Both the position numbers and the translations under genes were made by a program. The notes beneath the pieces were generated by a model. That model was not told the DNA's origin and made no database searches. It saw only the letters and a program-made list of their open reading frames with translations. A DNA stretch of 63,563 nt, counting the filler. It is 8 parts of 8 records of this genome, joined end to end, with 100 filler letters (N's around TTAATTAATTAA, not from the genome) between each part and the next. Parts side by side here need not be neighbours in the genome. Positions count along the whole stretch, not along the records: positions 17,902 to 23,828 come from SRR31147125_10116; positions 23,929 to 30,468 come from SRR31147125_10143; 6 more parts are not named here. One strand, written 5' to 3'. This document shows, piece after piece, positions 19,472 through 30,386 of the stretch (position 1 is its first letter; each line of letters starts with the position of its first letter).

Positions 19472-20329
19472 TCAATCTTTTAATTTTATCCCTCGGTCAT
19501 TTAGCCAATTTACACTCATATCAATCCAGCTTGCAAGCCCTGTGCTAACATCTGGTAATTCATCAGTTGCATATGATCCCCAATCAGCTGTAGATAAACC
19601 ATGTGAGCCTTTTTCAAAAATATGAAGTGTAAAAGGTACTCCATTTTCTTCATACGCATTTACCAATAAAAGACTGTTTTTAACAGGTACAGCTCCGTCC
19701 TCGTACGTATGCCATACAAAAGCCGGTGAGGAGTGTTTTGTTACGCGTGTTTCCAAGGATAATTTTCTTCTTAATTGATTATCATCTCCACACAGATTAT
19801 CAAAAGAGCCTTTATGGGCTTTTTGTGTAGAAGTTATAACTGGATAAGATAAAACAACTGCATCAGGTCTTATATGCTTTGCTTTGTCACCAAAAGCTTT
19901 ATGTATAACCTCATCATCAAAAAGGGTTGCCAGGCATCCGCATAAATGCCCTCCTGCAGAGAAGCCTAGTGCTGCCACTTTATTTGCATCAATTGCTAGT
20001 TCCTCTGCATTTTCTCGAATGTGAATCATAGCCATAGCAGCTTCTAATAAAGCTGTAGGATATTTGCATGGCGAAACTGAGTAGTCAAGAATAAAAGCTG
20101 CATAGCCCTTTGCCAAATACCGTAGCGCTATTGGTTCTGCTTCTCTAGGAGAAACATATTCGTATCCTCCGCCTGGTAATATCAATATAGCTGGATAAGT
20201 TCTGTCCTTATTTATATCCTTAGTTCTTTGGGGCAGATAACATTGCATTATGCCCTTTTTATCTTGCTGTCTCTCTATATTGAATTTTTTATATAGATCA
20301 ATTGTCTTTATATTCATATCAAATACCAC
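19472..20329 (-). CDS. Alpha/beta hydrolase esterase (acetyl/feruloyl esterase-like)
   Basis: PGGGY oxyanion motif; GFSAGGH nucleophile; D..VP and HG catalytic motifs. Confidence 0.85.
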   Translation of the reverse strand: MVFDMNIKTIDLYKKFNIERQQDKKGIMQCYLPQRTKDINKDRTYPAILILPGGGYEYVSPREAEPIALRYLAKGYAAFILDYSVSPCKYPTALLEAAMAMIHIRENAEELAIDANKVAALGFSAGGHLCGCLATLFDDEVIHKAFGDKAKHIRPDAVVLSYPVITSTQKAHKGSFDNLCGDDNQLRRKLSLETRVTKHSSPAFVWHTYEDGAVPVKNSLLLVNAYEENGVPFTLHIFEKGSHGLSTADWGSYATDELPDVSTGLASWIDMSVNWLNDRGIKLKD

Positions 20330-21401
20330 TATCCCTTTCTTTTGTATGTTTATTCATAAATTCTATAAATCTTTGCCAGTCATATCTGCTGATAAAATGT
20401 TTTCCAGAGCGCATATGATACCCAATGTTTCCACTATGAAATATATCCCCTGCCTTAGGGAATATATCTTTGCAGACAAATCCTTTTAGTCCTAATCTTT
20501 CATATGCTTTACTTGCCAGCATACAAGATAGATACTCGCTCTGCGGATCAGCCCAAATATCATCTTCGGCTGAACATGTATAAAATAAACGCGGAGCTAT
20601 TGCAGCTACCAGCTGATGCTGGTCGAATGGCATATTATCCTCGTTATTTGAATATTTTTTATAATTTTCACAAAACCAATAGGGATATTTAGCACAGATA
20701 TTTGCTACGGTTTCTCCACGTTTTTTCCTGGTAATGGCTGCCCCTGAGCACCCAGAATTGTTGGCAAATACTGCCTTGAACCTAGTATCTTGTGCACAGC
20801 ACCACAGTGAAGTTTTTCCAAGCCTAGAATGACCAACACAAGCTATTCTATCTTTAATAATATAATCAAGTGTCTGAATATAATCCATACATCTGCTCAG
20901 TGCATAAGCCCATATACCATACTTACCCCATGTGGTTTTTTCTTTACTACGCAGGAACATTCCTGCTAAGCCGCTTTCCATATTATCATTATCTTTTGAA
21001 ATGGTCTCGTAATGTATTATGGTCAGTGCATAGCCGTTATCTAAAATTTCCTCAATTGGAGTTTCATAGGATTCCTTATAGGTATGAAATGATAGGAAAA
21101 TAAACATAGGCAGCTTATTATTGCTGTTTGGTACAACTGTGTCTATAGGAAATGAGAAAGCTCCTTTTGGGGTATCAAAAGATATTTCCACCTGTCTATG
21201 GGTAGCTTTGCCTGCAAATGCTATTTTGTCTTCGCTTAAAACCTTTGCAGATACAGATTTTGGTGCAGGCGGAGTTATACCGTATACATTTTCGGCAAAA
21301 ATAGATACCAATCTTTTACGAGTAATTTCCCAGTTATCCGATAAAATTTCATCCGGTAAAAGAGCTGGAATATTTCTTCTTTTAATCTCCTTAAAGAGCA
21401 T
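20319..21401 (-). CDS. CE15-like glucuronoyl/acetylxylan esterase
   Basis: GHSRLGKT nucleophile motif; SGCSG; PFDQHQLVAAIAPR; D.WADP; G.H. No signal peptide. Confidence 0.8.
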   Translation of the reverse strand: MLFKEIKRRNIPALLPDEILSDNWEITRKRLVSIFAENVYGITPPAPKSVSAKVLSEDKIAFAGKATHRQVEISFDTPKGAFSFPIDTVVPNSNNKLPMFIFLSFHTYKESYETPIEEILDNGYALTIIHYETISKDNDNMESGLAGMFLRSKEKTTWGKYGIWAYALSRCMDYIQTLDYIIKDRIACVGHSRLGKTSLWCCAQDTRFKAVFANNSGCSGAAITRKKRGETVANICAKYPYWFCENYKKYSNNEDNMPFDQHQLVAAIAPRLFYTCSAEDDIWADPQSEYLSCMLASKAYERLGLKGFVCKDIFPKAGDIFHSGNIGYHMRSGKHFISRYDWQRFIEFMNKHTKERDSGI

Positions 21402-21414
21402 AACTTCCCTCTTG

Positions 21415-22698
21415 CTAGAATTTTATTAAATCATCAACCTTAATAGGTGTTCCGCTTGCAATAGATTTGTTTGCAGCTATGCCTGTTAATATAGACATTG
21501 CACCTTGTATATGGTCAGCTTCCCTTTTGAATTTGTCTGGTTTAGGATTGCCAAACAACGATTCCAATAACACTGGGTCACCGCCGCCATGTCCGCCTTC
21601 ACCTGTTATAACATCTGCTTCATATGCTTCATCCAGCATTGGATATACAACTATTCTGTGGAATTCCGCAGCGCCTTCCAGCTCTGCTTTACCTCCAGCA
21701 TTTATATATGTTTTTTCAACAACTTTATATTCTATTCTGCCCTTAGAACCATTGATGCTAACTACAAAGCCTTCCCATGGCATATATGAATTTAGTGAAT
21801 ATGTCAAGATAGCGTTTGTGTTGTATTTGACAGTTACACCCATAGTATCTTCAATACTTATTCCATCACCGAAAACGCTTAAATCACGGATATATCCACT
21901 GTCTTTTTCTGCATCTAAATACAGCCCCTTTAGTCTGTCATTGCTTTCTAAATCAATCGCAAATGGGTCATCTTTTGCTGCTTCACTACCGTGACAACGA
22001 TAGTAAAAATCCTTTACGCCGCGTCTTTCTGCATTTTCAATACCATAAAAATTTCTTTCGCCAAATGCAAATACAGTTTTTGGCTGTGCATTTAACCAGA
22101 AATTAACTAGATCAAAATGATGGGTAGATTTATGCACTAAAAGTCCGCCGCTATTTGATTTGTTTCTGTGCCATCTGCGATAATAATCAGCACCGTGCTT
22201 TGTATTTAGCAACCATTCAAAATGAACAGAAAATACTTCTCCGATTGCATCATTTTCAATTAGCTCTCTGATTTTTGTATTGTAAGGAGCGTATCTATAG
22301 TTAAAAGTAACTCTTACTTTGCGCCCTGTTTTCTTTGCAGTGTCAATGATTGCCTGTGCTTTTATTTCATCGATAGTCATAGGTTTTTCAGTTATTACAT
22401 CACAGCCTAATTCCATTGCCCTAATAATATAGGTGTGATGGGTTCTATCAACTGATGTAACAATAACATAATCAGGTTTGCAGTCTGCTATCATTTTGTC
22501 ATATTCTGTATAATTATACGTTTTTACTTTATTATATCCTATTTCTTCTAAAGTTTCATTAGTAAAATCCATTCTTTGCTGGCTAACGTCACATATTGCC
22601 AAAAGCTCACAGCTATCCTTATAGGTTGTAGCTATTGATGAATAGAACATTTTTGCACGTCCGCCTGTTCCTACTTGTACAAATTTCTTTTTTGTCAT
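21415..22698 (-). CDS. Gfo/Idh/MocA oxidoreductase (YteT-like)
   Basis: GTGGRA, EKPM, HGADYYRRWHR..SGGLLVHKSTHHFD, GGHGGGD. Confidence 0.88.
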   Translation of the reverse strand: MTKKKFVQVGTGGRAKMFYSSIATTYKDSCELLAICDVSQQRMDFTNETLEEIGYNKVKTYNYTEYDKMIADCKPDYVIVTSVDRTHHTYIIRAMELGCDVITEKPMTIDEIKAQAIIDTAKKTGRKVRVTFNYRYAPYNTKIRELIENDAIGEVFSVHFEWLLNTKHGADYYRRWHRNKSNSGGLLVHKSTHHFDLVNFWLNAQPKTVFAFGERNFYGIENAERRGVKDFYYRCHGSEAAKDDPFAIDLESNDRLKGLYLDAEKDSGYIRDLSVFGDGISIEDTMGVTVKYNTNAILTYSLNSYMPWEGFVVSINGSKGRIEYKVVEKTYINAGGKAELEGAAEFHRIVVYPMLDEAYEADVITGEGGHGGGDPVLLESLFGNPKPDKFKREADHIQGAMSILTGIAANKSIASGTPIKVDDLIKF

Positions 22699-22730
22699 TT
22701 TATACCTCTCATTTGTAAATCGTTTTTATC

Positions 22731-23675
22731 CTAGAAAAAGTTAAGCAGTTGAAATCCATATACTATAAATAATACTGTTACTAATGATACTATTGTCGTA
22801 AAAGTTACTATTTCGCCTGCAAGCTCACCGTCTCCGCCATATGCTGATGTTAAAGGATAGGAGCTTACCGCAGTTGGAGTTGCAAAACAGCAAAGCAGAG
22901 CCATAAGTGCTATCCCCCTAAAACCAAGTATAAATGCACCAATTCCTATGCCCACAACGGGAATTAATATTAGCTTTATAATTACGCTTGCAGAAATTGC
23001 CTTCCTGTTTTTGCGCAAGTTTTTAAATGTAAATGTAGTACCTAGAGTCAAAAAAGACAATGGTGTCGCAATTGATCCAATTGACTTAACAGGAGATACC
23101 AGCATTGTAGGTATCTCTATTGACAAAAGCTGCATGGCAAGCCCCAAAATGGCCGCAATAATAAATGGGTTTTTTATTGCACCAAATATTATTTTTAAAG
23201 GACTTATTTTGCCTTCACCTTTTTGACGCTCAATAATAATGGCGGCAAACGTATTTTGCAAAAGAATAAATGGGCTTAGCATAATAATAACATCAAAGGC
23301 CGCCGCCTCGCCAAGTATACCTGCAGCAAGCGGAAAACCGTAAACTGATGTGTTTGCGCGACATGTACAGAGGAGAATAGCCGTTTGTCTTCGCTTATCA
23401 TTCACAAGCTTAGGTATTGTATAAAGCAACAGAGAAAGTACAACCATACCAAACGCAAGCGAATAAGTAGTAAAATCTAGTCTAAGCCCATTTTTTATAT
23501 CCCCCGAGTAAACATTTGAAAAAATAAAACAGGGCATAATTATTTTAGAGAACAGTCGATTTATAGCCAACTGCTCACCATCTTTTATAACAGACAACTT
23601 CTTTGCAAGCATTCCGATAAGCAGCATTGCTAATAGCGGAAATATAACGCCGAAAGAAGAAAAAAACAAACTCAT
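22731..23675 (-). CDS. AEC-family (malate/auxin permease-like) transporter
   Basis: About 10 TMs; RAN...GFPL, KNPFII, PTAVSSY motifs. Confidence 0.85.
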   Translation of the reverse strand: MSLFFSSFGVIFPLLAMLLIGMLAKKLSVIKDGEQLAINRLFSKIIMPCFIFSNVYSGDIKNGLRLDFTTYSLAFGMVVLSLLLYTIPKLVNDKRRQTAILLCTCRANTSVYGFPLAAGILGEAAAFDVIIMLSPFILLQNTFAAIIIERQKGEGKISPLKIIFGAIKNPFIIAAILGLAMQLLSIEIPTMLVSPVKSIGSIATPLSFLTLGTTFTFKNLRKNRKAISASVIIKLILIPVVGIGIGAFILGFRGIALMALLCCFATPTAVSSYPLTSAYGGDGELAGEIVTFTTIVSLVTVLFIVYGFQLLNFF

Positions 23676-23828
23676 AAATATAACCTTTCCACAAATATCT
23701 GCCTTCGGCAGATATTAAAACATTTATCTATGTCACATTACTAAAGTAGCAATTGAATAAAGCTTTGAGAGTAATGTGTGCTTTAAGCACACTACCACGC
23801 TGTAAATAAAGTCAATTTATTAATAAAT

Positions 23829-23928
23829 NNNNNNNNNNNNNNNNNNNNNNNNNNNNNNNNNNNNNNNNNNNNTTAATTAATTAANNNNNNNNNNNNNNNN
23901 NNNNNNNNNNNNNNNNNNNNNNNNNNNN
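23829..23928. other. Artificial contig linker
   Basis: N44-TTAATTAATTAA-N44. Confidence 0.99.
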
Positions 23929-23963
23929 CTACTACCTACTACCTACTACCTACTACTTGCTAC
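23929..23963. repeat. Heptamer tandem repeat (CTACTAC)x4 plus TTGCTAC at contig start
   Basis: Read directly; immediately follows the LPP20 gene stop on the minus strand. Confidence 0.85.
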
Positions 23964-24965
23964 TTACTTCTTCATCGTATCAAAATACTCATTCAATTCA
24001 TTCTGAAACTCCGTTTCTATGAATTTTTGCATGCGCTCATAGGCATGTAATTGGGCATTTTGAAAATTGGTAGAGCCTTCTTTTCCCTCTTCCATAAGTG
24101 ACATGGCTGTAACACCTTGTCCTTTATTCATTTTCACTTGAAATTCCCAGGAAACGAAAGAAAGTTTATCCTGATCAATATCGATCTTCTTGATCAATGT
24201 GTTTGCATTCAAATTTATATTCGGATCGGATTCCACAGCTGTAAAACCGGAATGATTTATGCTTGTTCTTAGAGCTTGTTTAAGCCTTCCGTTGGAATCG
24301 CCCTTAACGCTGATCTTAAATCTAATATTTTTTGCAGCTTCATCTTTTTGTGTTTCGAGTTCGGTCAAACTATAGATCGGCTTTACCTCCACACCCGGCA
24401 TTAATACATCCAATTGCTCCTGCATCATTTCATTCTTGGCTGAAGTCAGCCATGCAGAATTATAGTAATGATATTTAAGAAGTGGATCTGAATTGCTCAA
24501 AGCCATATGAACATAATGCTCCATGCTTTGTTGTTCACGTTTCATCCGGTCCATAAGAATGATGGCTGTTTTACTTCGATCAATATAAGCCAATGTGAAA
24601 TATGACTTGCTCTTTCTATCAAATACCGGTTCTACAAACATGATATTCACAAGATGCTGGTCAGATATCAACTTTGCCGTTTGCTCGGAAAATTCATAGA
24701 AATATTCATCGAAATCTTTCATGTCGGACATACTTGTATATCTTTCGAGTACATTTTTTTCTACAGATACATGAGTGTTGAATATACGTGCCATGTTTAT
24801 TGTTGCATCAGTGATCGCCATTTCAGGAGAATCACCCCATCCTTCTGAAACAATATATTCTTTTTGTGGATAGTAATCTTCACGATTGTTATACCAATCC
24901 GGCATACTGGACGAACATGCCCATAAAAGGATAAGACTTAGAAGCAATAACAATATACGTTTCAT
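23964..24965 (-). CDS. LPP20-family lipoprotein
   Basis: Lipobox LWAC followed by MPDW...YIVSEGWG...A...A...MARIF, the LPP20 pattern. Confidence 0.65.
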   Translation of the reverse strand: MKRILLLLLSLILLWACSSSMPDWYNNREDYYPQKEYIVSEGWGDSPEMAITDATINMARIFNTHVSVEKNVLERYTSMSDMKDFDEYFYEFSEQTAKLISDQHLVNIMFVEPVFDRKSKSYFTLAYIDRSKTAIILMDRMKREQQSMEHYVHMALSNSDPLLKYHYYNSAWLTSAKNEMMQEQLDVLMPGVEVKPIYSLTELETQKDEAAKNIRFKISVKGDSNGRLKQALRTSINHSGFTAVESDPNINLNANTLIKKIDIDQDKLSFVSWEFQVKMNKGQGVTAMSLMEEGKEGSTNFQNAQLHAYERMQKFIETEFQNELNEYFDTMKK

Positions 24966-25154
24966 ATTTCCCCATTCCGGTTATTATTAATTTTTTCGTA
25001 TACGGTTAATTTGTAGAAATTGTTTCTTATTAGCAAATGGAAATAACAAAGAATGATCCAATTATCGGGGCAATCTTTATTATTCATATTCTTGAATTAA
25101 TCTCTAAACTTCCTTATTTTCCACTTAAATCAATATATAGAACAGGGAGATAAC

Positions 25155-25733
25155 ATGAAAACCTCCATCACATATCCTGAAGCAAAAGCACTTTTCGATC
25201 AGTATCTTAAAACGGAATACTTAAAGTATCATTGTAGAGAAACAGAAGTCATCATGCGAGCCCTTGCCTGTCATCTTGGAAAAGATGAAGAATTCTGGGG
25301 GATCACTGGACTTTTGCATGATCTTGATCTTGATGAGATCGGTGACGATATGTCCAAACACGGTTCACAAACTGTAGAATTACTAAAAAGTAAGGGATAT
25401 GACATTCCGGAGCTCTTTAATGCTATTTTATCTCATGTAGAAGGAGTAGAGGGCCTGCCATATAAACGCAGTAATGATTTCCAATTCATTCTGGCGGGTG
25501 CCGAGAACATCACGGGATTGATCTCTGCCTATGTAATTCTTCGTCCGGATAAGAAAATTGAAGGTGTAAAAGTTAAGTCTGTTATGAAGAAATTCAAATC
25601 CCCGGCCTTTGCAGCAAAAGTTTCACGCGAATTTATCAGAGATGCAGCTGAACATGCCGGAATGGAATTGAATGAATTTATTGGATTATCCATCGATGCG
25701 ATGGCGGGTATTGCCGATGAGATCGGTATGTAA
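25155..25733 (+). CDS. HDIG-domain metal-dependent hydrolase
   Basis: HCRETE.IM, WGITGLLHDLD, KKFKSPAFAAKVSRE. Confidence 0.85.
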   Translation: MKTSITYPEAKALFDQYLKTEYLKYHCRETEVIMRALACHLGKDEEFWGITGLLHDLDLDEIGDDMSKHGSQTVELLKSKGYDIPELFNAILSHVEGVEGLPYKRSNDFQFILAGAENITGLISAYVILRPDKKIEGVKVKSVMKKFKSPAFAAKVSREFIRDAAEHAGMELNEFIGLSIDAMAGIADEIGM

Positions 25734-25736
25734 ACT

Positions 25737-28700
25737 TTACTGGTCTTCTAATTTATCTTCAAGTATATCCATTAAAGATCTAAGATTGATGGGTTTGATC
25801 AGATGTCCATCAAGGATGTCTGACATTTCTTTACCCCTTGAAAGATCAACTGTATTGTCACTGATCCCAATAATTGGAATATGTGCATAAGATTTCCTAA
25901 TATTGGAAATCAGATCTGAGTTAAATCCGGGCATGTCGGCATCAGCTATCAATACGCAGGGCTCATAACGATCGAGATGCATCGAAATATCTTCTGTATT
26001 TATTACCCGAATGATATTGTACTTACCTTTAAGAATAACATTCAAGAGAACAAAACTACTATCATCATCTTCAGCGATCAATACGTTCCGTCTTTCTTCC
26101 TCAATCTTAATATCTTTCATTGTATCTTTGATGGTCGATGGTTCTATATCATCGATCTCGATCTTGGCTTTCTTATATTTAGTGGTAAAATAGAATGTAC
26201 TGCCGCCACCAAGATTAGATTCAAGCCATATCTTACCACCCATTTTTTCGACCAATGCCTTTGTAATAGATAAACCCAGGCCAGTACCATTGGAAAAGGG
26301 ATCAATCTGGACAAAGCGTTCAAATATCCTTTCATGCATATCCTCACTTATCCCAATACCGGTATCCCGAACATAGAACTCTATCATATCACGTTTTATA
26401 TGATATCCAAGCTCAATTGTACCTTCTTCAGTAAACTTCATGGCATTCGAAAGAAGGTTTCTCAGCACTTGAGTTAATCTCATTTTATCAATTTTAATAT
26501 TAACACTTTGTACTTCCGCCATTCCTAAATTCACTGTTGGAGTAAGATGAATGCTCTCTTGGGCAATAATATTTTCACAAACTACCAAAAGATTGCAAGG
26601 TTCTTCGTGAATATTCAAAGAATCCGTCTCGATCCTTGATATCTCCAGAATATCATTGATCAATTTTAATAACAGATCATTATTTTCATTTATGAATGAA
26701 AGATATTTCCTTTTATCCTCAATATTCAGATTTTCTCTTCCAAGAAGATTTGAAAAACCCACAATGCCGTTCAGTGGTGTACGGATCTCATGAGAAATAT
26801 TTGAAATAAATGCCGATTTCAATCTATCTGATTCTTCAGCCTGTTCTTTGGCTTTGATCAATTCAACTTCCTGATGCTTCCTATCATCAATGTTCATCAT
26901 AAAACCATTAATAGTCAATCCCTTACCATTTTCATCACGTTTCGCGATCACACCTCGGACCTCTACCCAGGTATCTTTCCCGAACATGGACATTCTTAAT
27001 TCACTAAGAATGGTATCTTTTTTACCAAGAATGGCATCATTCACTTTCTCAATAAAAGCAGATTTATCCTCAGGGTGAACCGAATTCAAATAAAAGTTGG
27101 AATCAAGGGGATCTTCTTTTAAAGACTTGGGATCAATATCAAGTGCTAACCAGAAATTATCATCTTTTATCAATAAGTTATTTACAAGATCCCATTCCCA
27201 ATAGGAATTCTTACTGTTGAGCAACGCTTCATTCAAACGCTCTTTACCGATCTTGATCTCTTCTTCATGTTCTTTTCTCAGACTGATATCATTAATGATC
27301 GCATAGGCATAGGTTGAACTTCCCTCTTCATCAAGCAAACTTAAAATTACTTGCCCCATAAAGGTGCTGTTGTCATCTTTAAACATTGTCATTTCGAAGG
27401 GTTCTTTTAATAAATTATCCAGATTCCCTTTTAGTTCATTGTAATTGTTAAAGTATACATTTAAAGGATAACCCTTGAATTTGTTTTCCGGAACTTCAAA
27501 AAGATCCAATGCCTTATCATTAAAAGTGATCACATTACTGCTATTAAGATCAAAAATAACAATAGCCGAATTCGATTGTTCAAACAAGATATTATATCTG
27601 TTTGCCATAATTTTCGTTTCGGTCGCCATTTTTGTTCGTTGTATCTCGTAATTTCTATACCTGAAGTGATAAAGCAACAACAGCCAAAACAAAAGGAACA
27701 TCAAAATGATGAGCGTTAAAGTAAGAAAAAAGAAAGTTCTATATTCACTGTAGACGGTTAGTGGTTTATTAACTATTTTTGATCCGAGTGGAAGATCCCT
27801 TGGTTTAATATTCCAGCGATTTAATTCTTCCCAGTTGAAAATATATTCAGGTTGATCTGATATGCGTTTCAGATCGTCCAGAAGTTCGCCATATAAGAGT
27901 TGGATACCTAGGTCAGCAGCCATTTCTCCTTGTTTTTCGGCTACCGTAACCATCCCTCCGAGAAAAGCATTAGAGATCCCAAGATCTGTTACGGTAAAAA
28001 TTGGAGCATTTGTCATTTCAGATATCTTGGGATAGTATGTATTCGGATCCCAAAATCTTCCTTGAGCATCCACTTGCCAAATTGAAAAGATCACAAATGT
28101 ATTTTCAGGCAAGGAGCTCAATTGTTTTTCCAGTTCTTCAGTTGACAATCGGGAATACCCGGTCAACCAAATGATATCTACAGCCTTCATATCCATGTTT
28201 TTGACTGTTCGTTTTGCCGCAAGATAATGCGAAGCACCGGTTCGCGAATGATCCGTAACAATAGCTATGTGTTCCGTTTTGGGGAATAATTTCATCCCGA
28301 GTTCAATATTCTCTTTAAATGGTAAGTACTCTTCTACGGCAATGAACAGATCGCAGGTATCGGCATTTCTTTCAATATCCTTTGTCACACCGCAATATAC
28401 TACTGGGAAATTATGATATTTATGACCGATCTGATAAAATGAATACAAAGCATTGTCGTCCGATACGATCGCCAGATCCAGATACCCTTTCGGGTAAGAA
28501 TTAAGTTTTTCCTTTAAAATATAATTCCAGGAATCTTTACCTGTGATCCGCTTTGTATCCAGATTCTCTATATGAACTTCAACACCAATACTATGCTCGG
28601 CAAATTCATCCAAAATACCTTTTGTTACATTATCAGTCCAAGGATGACCCTGATGATACGAGTTCAGCACAAGTACTTTTTTACTGTAATTCTGATTTAG

Positions 28701-28832
28701 GGCATTAGTGTTTATCTGTATTTTCGGATCAGCGCTTAGAACCAGAGGTATTATCATAAATATGAATAAACAGGCCAGAAAACATCTGAACTTGATGTTT
28801 GTTCTTATCTTCCTGTATACATCCGGTCCCAT
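25737..28832 (-). CDS. Hybrid sensor histidine kinase (SBP-like sensor, PAS x2, HisKA, HATPase, REC)
   Basis: VLVLNSYHQGHPW sensor; TM; PAS (VHPEDK); SHEIRTPLN; NAMKFT; DTGIG; GTGLGL; C-terminal REC (LIAEDD...DADMP...KP). Confidence 0.9.
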   Translation of the reverse strand: MGPDVYRKIRTNIKFRCFLACLFIFMIIPLVLSADPKIQINTNALNQNYSKKVLVLNSYHQGHPWTDNVTKGILDEFAEHSIGVEVHIENLDTKRITGKDSWNYILKEKLNSYPKGYLDLAIVSDDNALYSFYQIGHKYHNFPVVYCGVTKDIERNADTCDLFIAVEEYLPFKENIELGMKLFPKTEHIAIVTDHSRTGASHYLAAKRTVKNMDMKAVDIIWLTGYSRLSTEELEKQLSSLPENTFVIFSIWQVDAQGRFWDPNTYYPKISEMTNAPIFTVTDLGISNAFLGGMVTVAEKQGEMAADLGIQLLYGELLDDLKRISDQPEYIFNWEELNRWNIKPRDLPLGSKIVNKPLTVYSEYRTFFFLTLTLIILMFLLFWLLLLYHFRYRNYEIQRTKMATETKIMANRYNILFEQSNSAIVIFDLNSSNVITFNDKALDLFEVPENKFKGYPLNVYFNNYNELKGNLDNLLKEPFEMTMFKDDNSTFMGQVILSLLDEEGSSTYAYAIINDISLRKEHEEEIKIGKERLNEALLNSKNSYWEWDLVNNLLIKDDNFWLALDIDPKSLKEDPLDSNFYLNSVHPEDKSAFIEKVNDAILGKKDTILSELRMSMFGKDTWVEVRGVIAKRDENGKGLTINGFMMNIDDRKHQEVELIKAKEQAEESDRLKSAFISNISHEIRTPLNGIVGFSNLLGRENLNIEDKRKYLSFINENNDLLLKLINDILEISRIETDSLNIHEEPCNLLVVCENIIAQESIHLTPTVNLGMAEVQSVNIKIDKMRLTQVLRNLLSNAMKFTEEGTIELGYHIKRDMIEFYVRDTGIGISEDMHERIFERFVQIDPFSNGTGLGLSITKALVEKMGGKIWLESNLGGGSTFYFTTKYKKAKIEIDDIEPSTIKDTMKDIKIEEERRNVLIAEDDDSSFVLLNVILKGKYNIIRVINTEDISMHLDRYEPCVLIADADMPGFNSDLISNIRKSYAHIPIIGISDNTVDLSRGKEMSDILDGHLIKPINLRSLMDILEDKLEDQ

Positions 28833-28940
28833 ACGACCCTCCAGAATGAAATACTCTCTGCAAACACTAATTACTGATCAATATTAATTATAAAGAGAAA
28901 TCTAAATAAAAAACAGAAAATTATCTTCTCATTGCTCTCG

Positions 28941-30215
28941 TCATTTCATAAGCAATAAACGATCTTCCAGTTCTTTGCGATATGTTTCAAGATCGATCTT
29001 TTTTCTCGCCACACCGGTCTTTACTGCAGCTTGAGCGACAGCAAAAGATTCCCAGACAAAAACACGAGGATCAAAAGGTTTGGGAATGACATAGTCCTTA
29101 CCGAATTCAAATTTCTTACCACCATAGGCTTTTTCCACTTCGGGAATGCAAGGCTCTTTAGCAAGATCAGCCAAAGCCACGGTTGCTGCGATTTTCATTT
29201 CATCATTGATCGTTGAAGCATAAACGTCCAATGCACCCCTGAAAATAAAGGGGAATCCAAGTACGTTGTTCACCTGATTGGGATAATCTGAACGGCCTGT
29301 ACCGGCAAGAGCATCGGGACGAACTTTAATTATCGTTTCATATGGAATTTCAGGAGTAGGGTTCGCCATCGGGAATAAAATGGGTTTGTCAGCCATTTTC
29401 TTTATCATATCTTCACTAACCAAACCACCCACCGATAGTCCGATAAAAATATCCGCATCAAGCAAAGCATCAGCCAGGCTAACTTTTTCCGTATCATTAA
29501 TGAACTGGCGTTTGATATCATCCAGTTCATCATAACGTGCCGTATTCAGAATACCTTTTCGATCGCACATGTAAATATTTTCGTGTTTTGCGCCAAGAGC
29601 TTCATAGTGTTTGGCGCATGAAATAGCTGCAGCACCCGCACCGGAGATCACGATCTTGCAATCTCCAAGTATTTTTCCCTGAACTTCACAGGCGTTCAAT
29701 ACAGCAGCACCGGAAATAATAGCCGTTCCATGCTGATCATCATGAAAAACGGGAATATTCATTTCTTTGATCAGAGATTCCTCGATGTAAAAACATTCAG
29801 GAGCTTTAATATCTTCCAGATTAATACCTCCAAAAGTGGGCTCCATAGCTTTAACGATCTTAATGATCTCGTCAGGATCTTTGGTATCGATCTCAATATC
29901 GTATACATCTACATCTGCAAATCGTTTAAATAGAACACCTTTACCTTCCATTACCGGTTTACCGGCGGCAGCACCAATGTCTCCGAGTCCAAGAACCGCG
30001 GTCCCGTTTGAAATGACCGCAACAAGATTACCTTTATTGGTGTATTTGTACACATCCTGAGGATTTTTTTCGATCTCCAGGCAGGGTTCAGCCACACCCG
30101 GAGTATAAGCCATGCTTAGATCTTCCTGGGTCTCACATTTTTTTGATGCTTTAACTGTAAGCTTACCCGCAAGGGGTTCCGCGTGATATGCCAATGCCTG
30201 TTCTTTTGTGATCAT
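28941..30215 (-). CDS. NAD(P)-dependent malic enzyme (MaeB-like catalytic part, no PTA domain)
   Basis: [53 protein letters not shown]. Confidence 0.92.
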   Translation of the reverse strand: MITKEQALAYHAEPLAGKLTVKASKKCETQEDLSMAYTPGVAEPCLEIEKNPQDVYKYTNKGNLVAVISNGTAVLGLGDIGAAAGKPVMEGKGVLFKRFADVDVYDIEIDTKDPDEIIKIVKAMEPTFGGINLEDIKAPECFYIEESLIKEMNIPVFHDDQHGTAIISGAAVLNACEVQGKILGDCKIVISGAGAAAISCAKHYEALGAKHENIYMCDRKGILNTARYDELDDIKRQFINDTEKVSLADALLDADIFIGLSVGGLVSEDMIKKMADKPILFPMANPTPEIPYETIIKVRPDALAGTGRSDYPNQVNNVLGFPFIFRGALDVYASTINDEMKIAATVALADLAKEPCIPEVEKAYGGKKFEFGKDYVIPKPFDPRVFVWESFAVAQAAVKTGVARKKIDLETYRKELEDRLLLMK

Positions 30216-30304
30216 TTTATCTCCGGATACTTATTGTTTCCCTCTAACGCCGGAAAATAACATAAATGGGAAATTTTAACAAGTGATTAGGTGTGTAATC
30301 TTGA

Positions 30305-30386
30305 ATTGACTCAATGAAAATTTTTGCGATTGACTCAAATCCAATTGTTATCATTGACTCAAATTTAACTTTTAATTTCGAGTCGA
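30305..30386. repeat. Three ATTGACTCAA direct repeats at a 24-bp period plus one inverted degenerate copy
   Basis: Copies at 30305, 30329 and 30353; TCGAGTCGA at 30378-30386. Confidence 0.7.

Noticed and set aside
21467..21994. Long antisense ORFs (also 35245-35769, 38633-39043, 50127-50717, 50778-51242, 53942-54475 and many shorter ones)
   Set aside because: They lie opposite well-supported genes, show no recognisable motifs, and are typical shadow frames.
30305..30362. Mini-CRISPR array
   Set aside because: 10-bp repeats with 14-bp spacers are far too short, and there are no cas genes in the window.
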